From positions 225,563,741-225,627,740 of the forward strand of contig CM041465.1 in assembly GCA_023213395.1 (NCBI GenBank): DNA of 64,000 bases, read 5' to 3'. Below, piece by piece: positions 1 to 13,429 of this stretch (its first letter is position 1; each line of letters starts with the position of its first letter). This stretch comes from Cycas panzhihuaensis. Its lineage: Eukaryota > Plantae > Cycadophyta. Below the pieces are notes generated by a model. It was not told the DNA's origin. It worked only from the letters and a program-made list of their open reading frames with translations, and searched no databases. The position numbers were made by a program, and so were the translations under genes.

Positions 1-1437
1 GTAATATTGCTTCTTTATTATTTTCTTAAAATCCATCAATGAAAAAGAAGATACATCATGAGTCTTCAAATATGCATTCCACTATGTCAATGCATGTTTA
101 CACAACTTGAGCCTAGCAAATGAAAGCTTTTGAGCATTACTATAAGCATAAATTGTGAAGTAGGTTTCAAGTTGATCTAACCAATGGTCAAACTTTTCAA
201 CATTTACCTCTCCATCATAAGTTGGAATATCCAACTTTGCCTCCACCTTGAAGGGTTGATGAGATGAAGTACCCTTGCTTTTTTCAAATGAGTGCTTTAA
301 GGTCTCCTCCTCTTCCTCTTCATGGTTATGGTCATATGTGGATCCTTCTTCAACTTCCTTCTCTTTGCATTTTCTCTTGACTAGAGGTAGAAGTTGGGTC
401 ATCATTTGCATCAAAATTTCTATGTTCTTCTCAAGCTTTTCAAATCTAATTTCTCCATCTTCTTTTTCAACCATTGTGCTTGGATTCTTTCTTTGTCTTC
501 TTGGTGATTGCAACATAAGAAAAGCTTCACTTTTCTCTTTGTATCATTTCCTTGTTTGTACCATTCAAGTCCCTACAACAAAGATCACATACTCTGATAC
601 TAAAATACAATCCCAAAATAGAGCTAATTGGTGAAGAAGTCAATTATCAATCTTTTCTCCTTGAGATCCTGGGAGTTAGTGTAGAAATCCCAATAACATC
701 AAAACAAAAATAAGCCCATAAAAGGAAATTCTACACCAAATCATTTATTCTTGACATTGCTCTAAAAGTATGAGGAGTAGTACTTTTATTAAACTATGAA
801 AATCTTCATTTAATGGTGGAGAAATCAACTAGCAAAAGAATGGTTAAATTATAAGGAATAAATGATACAATTATACCATAAGGGGGACTCCAACCCTCCA
901 AAATACTTCTCCAAGGATGCTTCCCAAGTCAAGTGCCTTTCACCTCTAAGAACTACCTCTCCAACCCGTAATAGAGCTCAATTTATAGAAAGAAACCAAA
1001 ATTGCATATTTAACAAGTGACAATCATGTAAGTATAACCACTAACCACCAGAATGCATGTTGTCCAAGTGGCATTCATGTAATTCTTAAAAGTTGTAGCT
1101 TGTAACTGACCTTAACAGACTCCAATTTGGCTCAAATTTGGTAGACATATAGGAACGCATGTCCCCTCCGCTTCCTCAAAATTTTAGCTCATTTGGATGT
1201 CATTTGATTGCATTTTTATTTATTTAATTATAATATGTATTTGTTGTTTTTCTACTAGATGTGGGATTAATTTTATGCAAAACAAGGCTTGAACTCTAAT
1301 CAAATGATATTTTCTAAACCCCACATTTTGTACACATGTAGTGGGATGTGTCTTCTTCCTTTACACAAAATTTTATATAATTTGATACCATTTAGCCATA
1401 TCTCTTTCAGTTATGCCAATGCCTAGCATTTTCTGCA
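1..1437 (-). mobile_element. Gypsy LTR retrotransposon K, 5' end only (5' LTR ~606-1437, tRNA-iMet PBS, start of gag); runs off the window
   Basis: ACTCTGATACTA at 591-602 reads TAGTATCAGAGT on the minus strand (decayed TGGTATCAGAGC PBS), followed by a gag ORF. The LTR outer end at 1437 (...TGCA) is tentative because there is no partner LTR in the window. Confidence 0.65.
82..516 (-). pseudogene. Ty3/Gypsy gag N-terminal fragment (element K)
   Basis: ORF contains KLDIPTYDGEVNVEKFDHWLDQLETYF...KLSFARLKL, a typical retrotransposon gag motif; in-frame stop at 82-84. Confidence 0.85.
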
Positions 1438-1489
1438 TCCTGTAAACATATGGTAGATCCTCTTGGATCAAATGTAGATAGGAGTAATA

Positions 1490-1985
1490 TTGTTGGGTTT
1501 CATGCTATCTTAAGCAGATAAAATTTTTTATAACAAAACTCCAAGAGGTAAAGAGTTAAGTTAAAACTAGATTGCCTTTCTGTAACTAGTTGATAAAGTG
1601 ATGTCTTCAACTTTTCTAATATAAAAGCTGACTAGTTATAAATAACGCATTTCATAAGCTGTTGTGAATATGATGTTGTCCACCAAGGTGAGGCATTGCA
1701 ATGCTACTCTCCTAGTATTTGTGTACACATAAGAACTGCTACCACTAACATATTTTGTAATTTTTAAATGCGTAATGGGAATACCTTGTCCACCATGCTT
1801 GGTATGAAATTCTTTCTTACATATGTCCTAAATGGTTTGGTCCTTCATACTTGCTGTTAAATTTCCCAACTTCCATACTTCTTGTCCTCGAGTTGGGAAC
1901 CTTGTTGACCTCACAACATCTTCCAGTTCCATGCTTATAATTTTCTCATTAATAGTTATTATTTATAACATCATATCCATCTAAC
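1490..1985 (-). pseudogene. Decayed extra ORF 3' of pol of Gypsy L, with plant-mobile-domain-like motifs
   Basis: Minus-strand translation gives ITINEKIISMELEDVVRSTRFPTRGQEV and, after a frameshift, YN*SAFILEKLKTSL; these resemble the motifs in the extra ORFs of B and C. Confidence 0.5.
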
Positions 1986-2594
1986 ATATCTTATAATCAT
2001 TTAGAATTTTTGAAAAAGATAGGAAAGGAAATTACTTGAACTACCCTAACATTGATTAAATTTATACGTAGTGCAACATTCGGTCTTCCACTTTTAGCTA
2101 TTTATGTAAAACTAGTAAATCTAATACTTGCCATTTAATCTGTTACCCCCCAATTTCAAATTGTGTATTCACATCTTCATTCCAATTCTTTTTCTGTTGT
2201 TTTTGTGTCACTCCTGTAAATGAAATAGTGGTTTGACTAAATTTGGAAAACCACCCTCCATTACCAGACATTTTCAATTACTCGAAAAAAAATAAAAGGA
2301 CTTCAAAATACCTTAAATTGTTGATTTGCGATTCATTGAGTAATAGCAATTTTCTAATTGTTAGAATTACACGACCTTGCTTATAACACTGCCTTCCTTA
2401 GGCACTAGTTTAGTGGTTACTGTGGATGAATTAATTTATGGAAAACACTAGCTCACACTTCTCCTCCATGGCTCATAATAGAAAATAGATTGAATAATTT
2501 TCTTTTTATAAGGAACATAGGTTAGTTGAGCAGTTATAAGCAGGTTTGTTAAGTTGTGGGTTTGTGATCGGCTAGCCCTAGTGTCAGTCAATCG

Positions 2595-2596
<2 letters not shown>

Positions 2597-2681
<85 letters not shown>

Positions 2682-2693
2682 GTATGTATATAT
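2597..2693. repeat. (TA)n/(TATG)n microsatellite
   Basis: About 70 bp of pure TA followed by TATG units. Confidence 0.98.
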
Positions 2694-2799
2694 TTAAATT
2701 ATAAAAAAGGAAAAAAGAATTTTGGTGTGAATGTCGTTGGTATAAATGTCATCGTAATTGGGTGAGAATACTATTGGCGAATTTTATTCCTTTTGCATA

Positions 2800-5700
2800 G
2801 TAGCTGTATTATATAGTTTTAGTTTTGATTCATTTATGATACTTGATTGAGTATTCCCATTGATTGCTGCTAATTTAATCAATCTATTATCAAATATTTT
2901 TTTCATGAGAAATGGTCTAAGCCATCTAATTTTAAGTTTACATAGTTTTATAAAGTATTTATTGTCATATTTTAAGGCAAGATCCCCTTAAATATTTTCA
3001 TCTGAAATGTTTTATCATGCCATATTTTCCTACATTGTTGTATGCTATTTGTTGCCTATTTTACTTGTAATTACTTCTAATCTAAGGCTAAAAGTACTTT
3101 AAGATGAGCTTCAAGACTGGATACATCTGGCCCTAATTCTTGTACTTCAATCCTTAGGCTTGGCACTAGGAATTCTATGGGAAGAACTATTTCTGTTCCA
3201 TATACTAATTAAAACAGAGTATGACTAGTGGTAGTCTTGTATGTCATTCGAAAGGCCCATAGTATTGAATGTAACTATTTTGTCTAATCATTTTCATTTG
3301 CATTGCATAATTAACACAACATTGTTACTAATATTTTATTGGTTTATTCAACTTGACCTATCATATGTTGGTAGTAGGGGTTGGATATGTGATGTGAAAT
3401 TATGAATTCTTATGTTAAATAGTGAATCATATCATTTATAAAGTGAGTTCCCCTATCGCTTACTAATTCCAAGGGGCAACTGAACCTTATGATAATATTT
3501 TCATATAAGAATACAATATTTTCATATAAGAATATAGCTATACTTCACGATGGATTATCTTCAAGTGCTTTTGCTTCAACCCACTTTGTAAGATAGTTAG
3601 TGGCTACTACTATATACTTCACCTAAGTCACCCTTGCTACATATTTGGAGGGTCTTATAAAGTATGGACCCCAACGTTTAAAAACTCCTTAAGCTAAAGA
3701 TAGCTATAGAGGCATAGTATCATGATCTAGGGGTCATCCTATTCATTGAAATGCCACATTGCAACATATTGTCTTATGTCCTTAAACAATTGTGGCTACC
3801 ATAACCCTAATAGTAAGATTTTTTAAGCTTTGGATTTTGGTCCAACATGACCACCTATGGTACCTTGATGTGCTTCTTTCAATACTATTCAAACTTTTTT
3901 GATCATTACACATCTTCAAAGTATATGATCTTTACTTAGTTTGTAAAGAAGTCCTCGTATTAGTTGATAAGGTATGATTCTCTTTACTTGGTCTCTTCAC
4001 TATTGTGAAGGCATGCTGATAGGAAATGACCATGTACTTAAGTATTCTGTTATATCTTCATAACTAAGTGGGGATACTATTACTTGGAATAGTCTTACGT
4101 TAAGAAAATAATAATTTACTCTAATCAATTCTTTACCTGTGCGAATTCTAGACAAGTGATGTACAACTATATATGTACATCCTGGTTAAAGTACAACTTT
4201 AAAATTAAATTCTTGGAGTAGTAACAACCATTGATTAATCATCCCTTGAATGATTGATTTATTGACCATCTATAAAAGAGCTTGGTGATCAACATAAAAA
4301 ACCAAGGGGTTAGCTAATAAGTAATGGCAAAACTTTTGCATTGTATAAAACATTCCTAAACCTTTCTTTCTATTATTGAATAATTTTTCTGTAGTTTGCT
4401 TAGATGTCTACTTATAAAATAAATAGGTAACCCAAGTTTATAACTTCCCTTTTCGGCCAATGTACATCCTATTGCTATTTGTAATGCATCAACATGAATA
4501 TAGAATTCTTTGGACCAATTTAGGAAGGATAAAATTGGAGCTATAACAAGCCTTCCTTTCAAATCCTAAAATATTCTCTGTTATTTGTTTTACTATACAA
4601 ATTTTGCTTCTTTATGTAATAATTCTTCCAAGGAGTGTCCTATATAAGCAAAACTTTTTATGTACTTTAGCTATATCTATTGGTAGTGCTAAATTCATTA
4701 CAACTTTCAACTTGTTTGGGTCTATTTTCAAGCCTTGTGCACACATAATATGGCTCAACAATTTATCATATGGACCCAAAAACTGATATTTCTTTGGATT
4801 TAATGATAGTTTTACTCATTTGTAAAATTTAATGTATTCTTTTAATATCGACAAATGATCTTTAATGTTTTCATAAATTGACCAATCATCCCAGAATACT
4901 TTGACTAACTTTGATGAGAGTTATTCTAATAAGTACACAATGACTCTTTAAAACGTCGTTGGAATGTTACATTATCCAAATGGCATGTAATATGAAAAAA
5001 TCCTAGAGTGTGTAATGAATGTGTTTTTTAACTTATTATTTTTAGCAATACTAATTTGGTTGTAGTCGAAAAAGCCATCTAAGAATGAGTATATTTCATG
5101 CCTTGTAAATTCTTCCAATATAGTACTTGTAAATAGTATAGGAAATGGGTCTTTGCAAGTTACTATATTCAATTTTTGAAAATTCACAGACAAATTCTAA
5201 GTTTGCCATTTTTTTTTAGAACAACCACAATTGGTGAAACCCATTCACTTGTTTCCACCTTAAATATAATCTTTGCATCCAATTTTTTTTAAATCTCTGC
5301 ATTTTTTTTATTCTGCATATTTTGAGTTCATTCGGTATGGTCGATGCTTTACAAGTTTGGCTTTAGGTATTAATTCAATTTTATATTCGCATAAGTTTTT
5401 TAGTATGTCTTTTAAGTCTTTGTAAGCCTATACAAATATATCTTTATATTATAAAAAGGTTCTTGTAGTTGCCTCTATCAGCATGAAATCCCACCCTTCA
5501 CCTATTTTAATACTCTGTACATTTTACTTGGATTATAAATTAATTAGTCATTGAGGAGTTCATCATATGAGATATGTTCATTATTGTGGAAATTGTATGA
5601 AGATTCCTTAAGTATTTGTTGTTCCCCTACTATGACTTCAAAAAATTAGGTTGGGCATTCTTGTGTATGATTAGTTGTTTTGCATGTATTCTCTATCAAA

Positions 5701-7955
5701 TATACATTTTTAGGATTCCATGGTTTAACATGAATTAAATAATATGGAGGTGAAAAGATTTCAAAGTTCTTTTATTGCCAATGAAACAATCCATTATTCG
5801 AATCTACTTCATCTTAAGAACACAAATCTAAATGCACAACACCCTTAATGGGCTTACATATATTATCGTTATCAAATAATACATTTAATGGATGTTGATC
5901 ATAGTATATTTCTACATCATCATTATCATTATTATCATCCTCCTCCTCATCTGAGGAACTTAAATACATTAGCTCTTTGCTTATTATATGATGATTTAAA
6001 TCTATTAACATTTTCTTTCCATCCTATTTGATTACTAATTTGTTGTGCTCTTAGTGTTATATAACGTATATGTCATGTAACCGTGGTCACCCCAATAGTG
6101 CATCGTAAGCTAGTGGCATCCCATCTATCATAGGAATGACTACAAAATTTATTATAAATACATGATTCCCAATGTGAATATTTTATGCCATCATCATCCT
6201 TAGGGGTTGTACACTATATTAGTCCACTGGTCTTAATTGAAATCTAGGTGGCCATAGTGTGGGTCTACCCAATCTTTTCTAGGTTGTTATTGGAATGACA
6301 TTTACTCTGGTGCCTCTATCTACTACTATATTTTCTAAGATATGGCCTAATAAATTCATAGTAGCTTCTATATCTTGGTTGACTCTTAAAGATCTAACAT
6401 AATACTTTACTTGGGGGTTATCATCATTGGGGTTGTCTTCTACTATTTTATTGGTATAACGGTCTTCTACAAAGATCATTAAGTTATGAGGAAATTCACT
6501 TTCTTTTATTGAATCCATTTGGTGTTGGCTTGTAGTATGTAAAGTATTTACACATGTTTGTTGCTACATTCTATCATAGTCTACATAAGTGATGGGTCAT
6601 GTTGTAGTAATGTTAGGATCTTTATTAGAAATTTTGCTTGTAAGAGCTAGTTAATTAATGTATTGTTTCCTTAATTCTTCCTTTGTATAGGTTACCTTGT
6701 CATGTTTTGTACTGGTATCTTTTGTGTAGGTTGTCCTTTCTACAATGTTATCTCTATTTGTTCTTATTGTCCTTGAATAGACTATATTATGTCTTGTGCT
6801 TATTGCATCCCTACCTTTTTCTCCCTTGGATCCAGATATTCCTATCTTTTATTTCTTCTTATATAGACTGTATAAGTTGGAATGGGTTTGTTGATATCAT
6901 CTAGGGATGGTTCAATGTTGACTAAATTGACGGACAGACTTTATTGTTAAGAGCAAAGATCATCGTTGTGGTCTACCAGCCTACACCATTGCCATAACAT
7001 AATAGAAGTTATTATTCTCTCTAATTAGATAATCTCTACTAAAATTCCTCCATAACTTACATTGAAAACATTGGATCATAGGACATTCTTGAGGGTCTCT
7101 TGGCACTGATCAACTAGATTTGTGCCAACATCCTAAGGGGGGTTTATTTATTTCTTAATGTGCTAAAAATACATCTTAATCTTGGAGTCTTTGCACTTGA
7201 GTGTTACAACCACATTCATTTGCATCATGATTATACATTTTACATATGTGATAGTACTTAAGTACCTAGTTTCCAGGACATTTCTGCTTCTGTGTCCTTT
7301 TGTCCTGCACTTGATACACTGGATTTTCCATTGTTCCTTTGGTTATTGTTGAGTTAGATATTTCACCATTCTTATCAAATCATCCTATAATGCTTCAATA
7401 GAGGATTCTTCTTTTTCATCAACTTTTGTGATCTTAGTTTAATCACATGCTTTTGCTTTGTCTAGAATTTCTAGACCCATTACTTGATTGACTGCCTCTT
7501 GGTATGATATTGATGGAACTATTCAAAGTTTTCTTCTATATTTTAGAAGTAATCCCTCCAAAAACCATCTTTTCCATAAGCTATGCATTACTTCACTTTC
7601 TATTTCCTTAACTAAACTTTTTAACTTTGTGATGTAACTTCTAACAGTTTCCTTAGCTTCTTGGTTGAGATTATATATTTGGTCTACAACCTCAATATCA
7701 TCCCATGCAAGTCAAAATTCTTTTTTAAGCTTCCCGCAAACCACTATAGTTTGTAAAATACCCCTCGTTGAGTTCTTTGAATTGATTATTTCCTATATTA
7801 TGAAGAGCTGTAGGGAATGCTTACACTTAGTGGTTTTTATTAGTTTCCCTATTGGCTATCCAAATTGTCTTGTATACATTATGGTGATGAGTTGGATCTT
7901 TATCTACCTTCCTATTAAATATTGATAATTATTTTTTGCCTTTAGGGGTCGCCAT
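2800..7955 (-). pseudogene. Decayed Gypsy gag-pol (element L), order gag-PR-RT-RH-INT
   Basis: gag start MATPKGKK near 7955; protease IVVDRGTRVNVIP (~6300); RT KDPFPILF...YSFLDGFFDYNQI (4972-5193); RNase H FYIHVDALQIAIGCTL...KNYS (4356-4562); integrase LELVSDRGTHFIN (~3450). Many stops and frameshifts; LTRs not resolved. Confidence 0.9.
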
Positions 7956-8749
7956 GATTAGTGTTAGCAGTTTTAATGGTGATCTTACATGTCTTAATTG
8001 TAAAAACCTTCGCTGTCAGAACTCGTCTTTGCGATCAATATACCTTTGTCCATAGAATTTCCCAAATAAGGTGCCCTTGCTCAAAACTTGTTTATTTCTT
8101 TACTTGTGTGGTGTTATCTATAGAAGACATCTGTTCATATCCTTGAAGACTCAAGTGTATAAATTTATCGATGATCTCCTTTAAATATGGATTTGGTCCC
8201 TTTTGTTACTCCCACATTCATAAAACTTGTCGTGCTTGATCCATAATCAACTAATCAATTTGATTTAAGGGATTGTCCTTTTGTTAGCTCATCACATATA
8301 TTTATGTAGATCTTTTTAACTATGATTGCTAATTTGCTATACCATTTGTATGCTTAAAAATATACAATGATCATTCCATTTCTAAACCAGACATTAGAAT
8401 TGATCATGATCCAAGATGTTGGTGAGTGTCACCAGTTCTTTGATTATAATGTCATTGATATAATATTTAATAATACCATGTTGTAGTAAAAGGGACTCTT
8501 TCCTACTAATAACCTTAAAATCTTGTTTGATTAGTTAGTCATATAATTCTTTGAGTGGTGCATGGTCTGTGTTTAGATCCAAGATTGCCATATGCTTTTG
8601 ACTATATTCAACAACCTATCTTATCATGTTCGTCCTTTTATCTCATTCTTAGATCAACAGCGACACCATATGTTTGTTCATTGGATACTAAGTCCTTCTA
8701 AAAAGAGAATGATAGAAACACTTACTACAATAACATCAATATCATACAA

Positions 8750-8906
8750 TTTTATGTCAAACACCCAAGATAATTAATGGCACAAAGGCATATAGAAGCA
8801 GATATCATCCAATGTGTTGTTTATATCATTATAACAAAATCAAATACAACACTACTGTCACATATAAAAATGATGTTGAGTATATAATCATACCAGACTA
8901 GTTCTA
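8750..8906 (-). pseudogene. Copia RNase H remnant (element H, left part, split by insertion of A)
   Basis: Minus strand IFICDSSVV...KQHIG resembles the Copia RH I.CDN...KHI motif and continues the GVIS* RH start at ~53650-53726 across A's TSD. Confidence 0.45.
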
Positions 8907-9409
8907 TATTAAAATATAATAACTACTTTATATACTCTTTTGTAAAGTTAGTCATTTTACTCAGATAAAGCATAATTGTAATTCAAGTTATGACTTAATA
9001 TTGTAATTCCTAGTTGAGGGTCATCACCCCAATTTTAGCCTTATAACTATTTAATGAGACTTATGTAATATAAGGTCTAATCAAGTGAAAGTATGTGAGG
9101 TCTAATCCACATCCACCTATTGTAAAATGATAGATATCAAGCTCTCTATAAACTAAAGCCATGCCTACACTAATAAAAAAAAATGGGAATATTTTGGTAA
9201 GAGTCCAAACTCTGTCAGAGTTCTATATCAATTATCAATCAATTTGATTTGTTTATTCTTATGAATTAGAGCCAATTTCTAATCCTCCATTCATATCTTA
9301 TGCTCATTTAATATGTGCTTAATATGCTTTGTTTATTACATGCTGGTTAGGAGAATAAAGATCCTGTTAAGGTTATTTTTTATTAGTTAGATTAATTCTA
9401 ACTCTATCA
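8907..9409 (+). repeat. 5' LTR of Copia A
   Basis: Aligns end to end with 53102-53621 (e.g. TACTCTTTTGTAAAGTTAGTCAT...TTATTAGTTAGATTAATTCTAACT); followed by the PBS. Confidence 0.93.
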
Positions 9410-11262
9410 TTTGGTATGAGAGCACATTTCTCTTATTTTCTCTAGTAAATACCCATCTTACAAGCAGGTAAAGGGTTGCTACATAGCCTTGATCACTTCA
9501 TATAACTCCTTTGCTATTCATTGTTCATTATTAATTTTTTAGATTTATCACTAGTTGAAGAAGATTGACTATTCTGTCATGAAAAATAGAAACCTATTTA
9601 AAGATGCTAGACCCCATTTATTTCTATTTTGGTCCATTAAATTACTATGTGATCATAAGACAAGCCATCAAGTATGCCCATCACTCTTATGAGAGTTGTA
9701 ACCATCTGTTTACATACAAACGATGTTGTATACTATAAATAATTAAATCGCTCAGTTGTTGGAATCCTTGCAGAAAAAAAAATTAAGTGAAAGAGGTTCT
9801 ACAGGTGTAAAAGCTCTAACTATTGTGAAGCATTGAGTCATGATAGTCATCCTCAAATAGTGAAAACCTTGCATAGCCCTATGCAATACTATGTAGAGTA
9901 GAATCAAAGAGGTGCTTGTATAAAGAATAATTGAGAATGCCTATTTATGAAGATGACAGAAGATTGGAGTTGTGCCTGAGGAAGGCGATAACTTCTAGTC
10001 ATGGAGAAAGATGGCCCAAGTATAGGAAGAAGACATCCACCAATGAAAGTAGAGTTGTAGATTAGTAGTCCGCAATGCATATGAGAATCAACAACTACAA
10101 GGAGATTTACAACATGAAGTCCTACTTAACCATAGATACATTGCCATTAGCATAGAAAACAAGGGAAATGCCCAAGAAAATGCCATCCAAAGAGGGTGGA
10201 CAAAACCTTGGAATATGTCTAAACTATAAGCTTGTGTGAAGAGTCTTGCATGAAAAGGGAAGTTGTAAACTCCTCCAAAGTTTTGATTGCTCGCTCAAGT
10301 ATGGAAACCTCCATCGATAAATTATAGAACTTTGTACTATCTTCTAATAGCTCATTTGAGTAGCTTTCATTGATTGATCAAAAATTTTTTATTAATATTT
10401 TTGAAATCAGTCGCTATAGATACAACTTAGAGAGCAACCAAGTATGACTAGGTCCCAATTTGACAGCTTAAGTATGACTAGGCACAACCTAAAGTGTGAC
10501 TAGATCATAATTCAATAACTTAAGTATGGTCAGATACAACTTGGAGTGTAACCATAAGACTACAAATATGTTTATTATTAGATGAAGGCCTATTTTCCAT
10601 CTTTCAATAATGACCCCTTCCTTACTAAGTACTCTGTACGCTTACCTTGTACTTTCATTATTTATTTGCTATCTTTTTAATTAAGTTTTTTATATTAAAA
10701 TAATTAAAAAATTCATATTTCTATCATTAAATAAGATTGCTTTAAAAGGAATGTAAACTTGAAACATTAAATAAGATAATCTTCTACTTGAATTATTTAA
10801 GTTACGAATCTTGCAAGGGGAACATTTAGGACCCCTAAAGTAATCACTCTTACATATGTGAGTTATATTCACCTAGATAAGTAAGCTAGGGGGCAACGCA
10901 CTATAAGATGTATCAAGTGATAGATTGATGTGTAAACCATATCTTTTAGTATTCAAAGACCAGGGCTAAACCTAAAGGGGGTTAGTGTTTTAGTTTCAGT
11001 CATTCCTTAGATTTGTTATTTGGGATAAATTTGGCATAGGTGAATTTATAGTATCATGGGAGAGGCTGGGTCTTTTATGCTTATATACCAATGTATATTA
11101 AACTTAGTTTGTTTATAGACTGATATATATAAAGTCTTTGAACTACTATATATGGGCATGTACCATTGGACAAAATAGTAACCAAGTACTTCCTTAGAGA
11201 TATTAAAATTTAGCATTCTAGCTTAGTATCCCACTAAGCAGATAGTTTAAAATGACATAAAA

Positions 11263-12913
11263 AATGCTTATTTCAAGCATAATTAAACTATCTTGGAGTA
11301 ATAACTTTATGGCTTAGAAAAAAAAAGTCAAATACCTTTTGATCATAAATGAGTTTTGGGACTATGTATCAAGTGACATACCTAAACCTCCTCTGACACT
11401 TGACCCAACCAATCCAAATAACATGTTCCTTCTAGACCCTGTTGTCCTTGCTTCTTTTAGAGTCAAAGATAATTTTGCTCTATCCTTCTTATACTTAGTT
11501 GTAGAAGATAATGTAGACCAAAACATTAAAACAATAGATACATCTCATGAGGCATGTGGCATCATATGTTCACTTTATGAGTAGAAAGATGATTGAAGAG
11601 CAATCATGCTAAAAACACGCTTATATTCCATATCTTCTGCTGGTTCTATTCCTTTATAAATAACTAAAGTTAAAGCCGTTAGGAACTAACTTATCACTCT
11701 TGGAGCTCCTCCTTCCCAAATGACCTTGTTTTCAGTGTTGTCAATGTCCTTCTTGCCATATACAATAACTTCATATCTTGTTTTTTAAATGACTTTCCTA
11801 CCATATATTTTAATATGTTGGAAGGACTATTACTAAAAGAAGAAGGTATCCTAAACTAACAAGGAATGATATTTTCTCCTAACACTGTTCCTACATTTGT
11901 AACTAGACATAGAGGGAGGAAACAACCTATTTAGCAACCTCTTACCCAATAATTTGGTTCTTTAAATTTAAATCAACTATCACTGTAGATCGAAACTTAG
12001 TAGAGAAAATAGAATATTGCTTGCCTCTACTATGGAAAACTTGGGCATGCTATCATTAATTGTAAAAGGAGGCAATTCAATTTGTAGCTTTTATAAGCAA
12101 ACTTTTGACAACAAAGAAGTAAGAATTAATGTCTGACCCAACATCACAATAATAGATATAGTCAATAAAACATGCAACAATAGAACCAAAATCAACCAAG
12201 GAATCAAAATTAGGGTCACAATAGAAATTTATAGTAAGGAGGCAATGTGGCCAATACTCATATAGATACTCAGAACCTATTCTATGCTACTCTTGCTTTT
12301 GATCATTCAAACAACTCCTCGTTGATAGATTTTGGTGCTACTCGTCATATGACATGTACTAAAGAACTTTTAAAAGATAACAAACCTATTTAAGCACAAA
12401 TAATAGCGTTTGGTGATGATGTTACCTATGATGTGGTTAAGATTAAGAAAGCTCTTATAGCGTTGAATAATTCAAACATAGGTCCCCATATCAACAATGT
12501 CCTATATGTACCTGGTATGAAATAGAACCTACTTTTTATTAGCTAAATTGATAAGTAAACCTTTGATTTACTCTTCAACCAGGGAACTTATACTATTTTA
12601 GATCACTTAATTGGATAAGTAATGGTTATAAGACATCATAATAATGGTTTATACAAGCTTGATAATATTCCACCTTTTTCTGCATAGAATCAAAATCTAA
12701 GTACAACTGTGCATTCTATTTTAATAGATAAAGGAAAGTAAATTATTATAGAAGACCCAACTATTAACATTCACATGCAAGCTAAATCTTCACATACTAA
12801 GGAGTAACCTATTCACAAGTATGCCAAGGATTAGTTATGGTATCAATGCCTTAGTAATCTAAATATATAAGGTCTCAACCTCATGTTTAGACTTCAAATA
12901 GTACATGGGCTAT
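11263..12913 (+). pseudogene. Copia A gag, protease and gag-pre-integrase (decayed)
   Basis: LIINEFWDYVSSDIPKP (UBN2-type gag), zinc-knuckle remnant near 12020-12070, IDFGATRHMT (protease), NVLYVPGMK*NLL, MVHGL then broken by B. Confidence 0.88.
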
Positions 12914-13403
12914 TGTGTGCTTCTACTTACTACATACTAATATACAAACATCAATAAGTAGGCATAAAATAGTTATAATATCAATAAACTCTATCATACA
13001 CTTACTCCAAAATGTATATCAGTTCATCGATGGAGAAAAAAATTATAATTATTCTATTAATGATAGGTTGCGTCTAGTTCTCTCACAACCAGATGCCAAC
13101 CTGGAGTAATACATAGAGTCTTTTACAGACACAATATACAAGTATTTTATAATACACAGGCACGTGGCACTCTGTGATCAATAACTACCCACACATATGT
13201 ACACTTATTTCTAATTTTTTTTTGTATTTATTCCTTTTCCACATCTTAGAAGTAACCGTAATTCTATGGTTGGTTGTAACCATCCCTAACCAAAATACTG
13301 ACTTCCAGTTACTGACTGCTTCCTAATGTGATTACTTCCTTTTTCATTGTAATTACCTGTTTGTAACTAACTTCTGTCGACCACTATAATTTTTTAGCAC
13401 ACA
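12914..13403 (-). repeat. 3' LTR of Gypsy B
   Basis: Matches 27643-28132; TG...CA termini; adjacent to the PPT. Confidence 0.93.
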
Positions 13404-13429
13404 TCTCCCCCATTACTATTCTTACGAGT

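Noticed and set aside
275-634. Hydrophobic + strand ORFs (also 27081-27413, 46762-47157, 61019-61351)
   Set aside because: These are antisense shadows of purine-rich gag/pol coding strands.
1381-1390. PBS-like TTTGATACCA
   Set aside because: There is no adjacent LTR boundary or downstream gag; it lies inside K's presumed LTR.
8421-8434. Possible PBS of Gypsy L (TGGTGACACTCACC on the minus strand)
   Set aside because: No clear TG..CA LTR next to it and no partner LTR, so I cannot support it.
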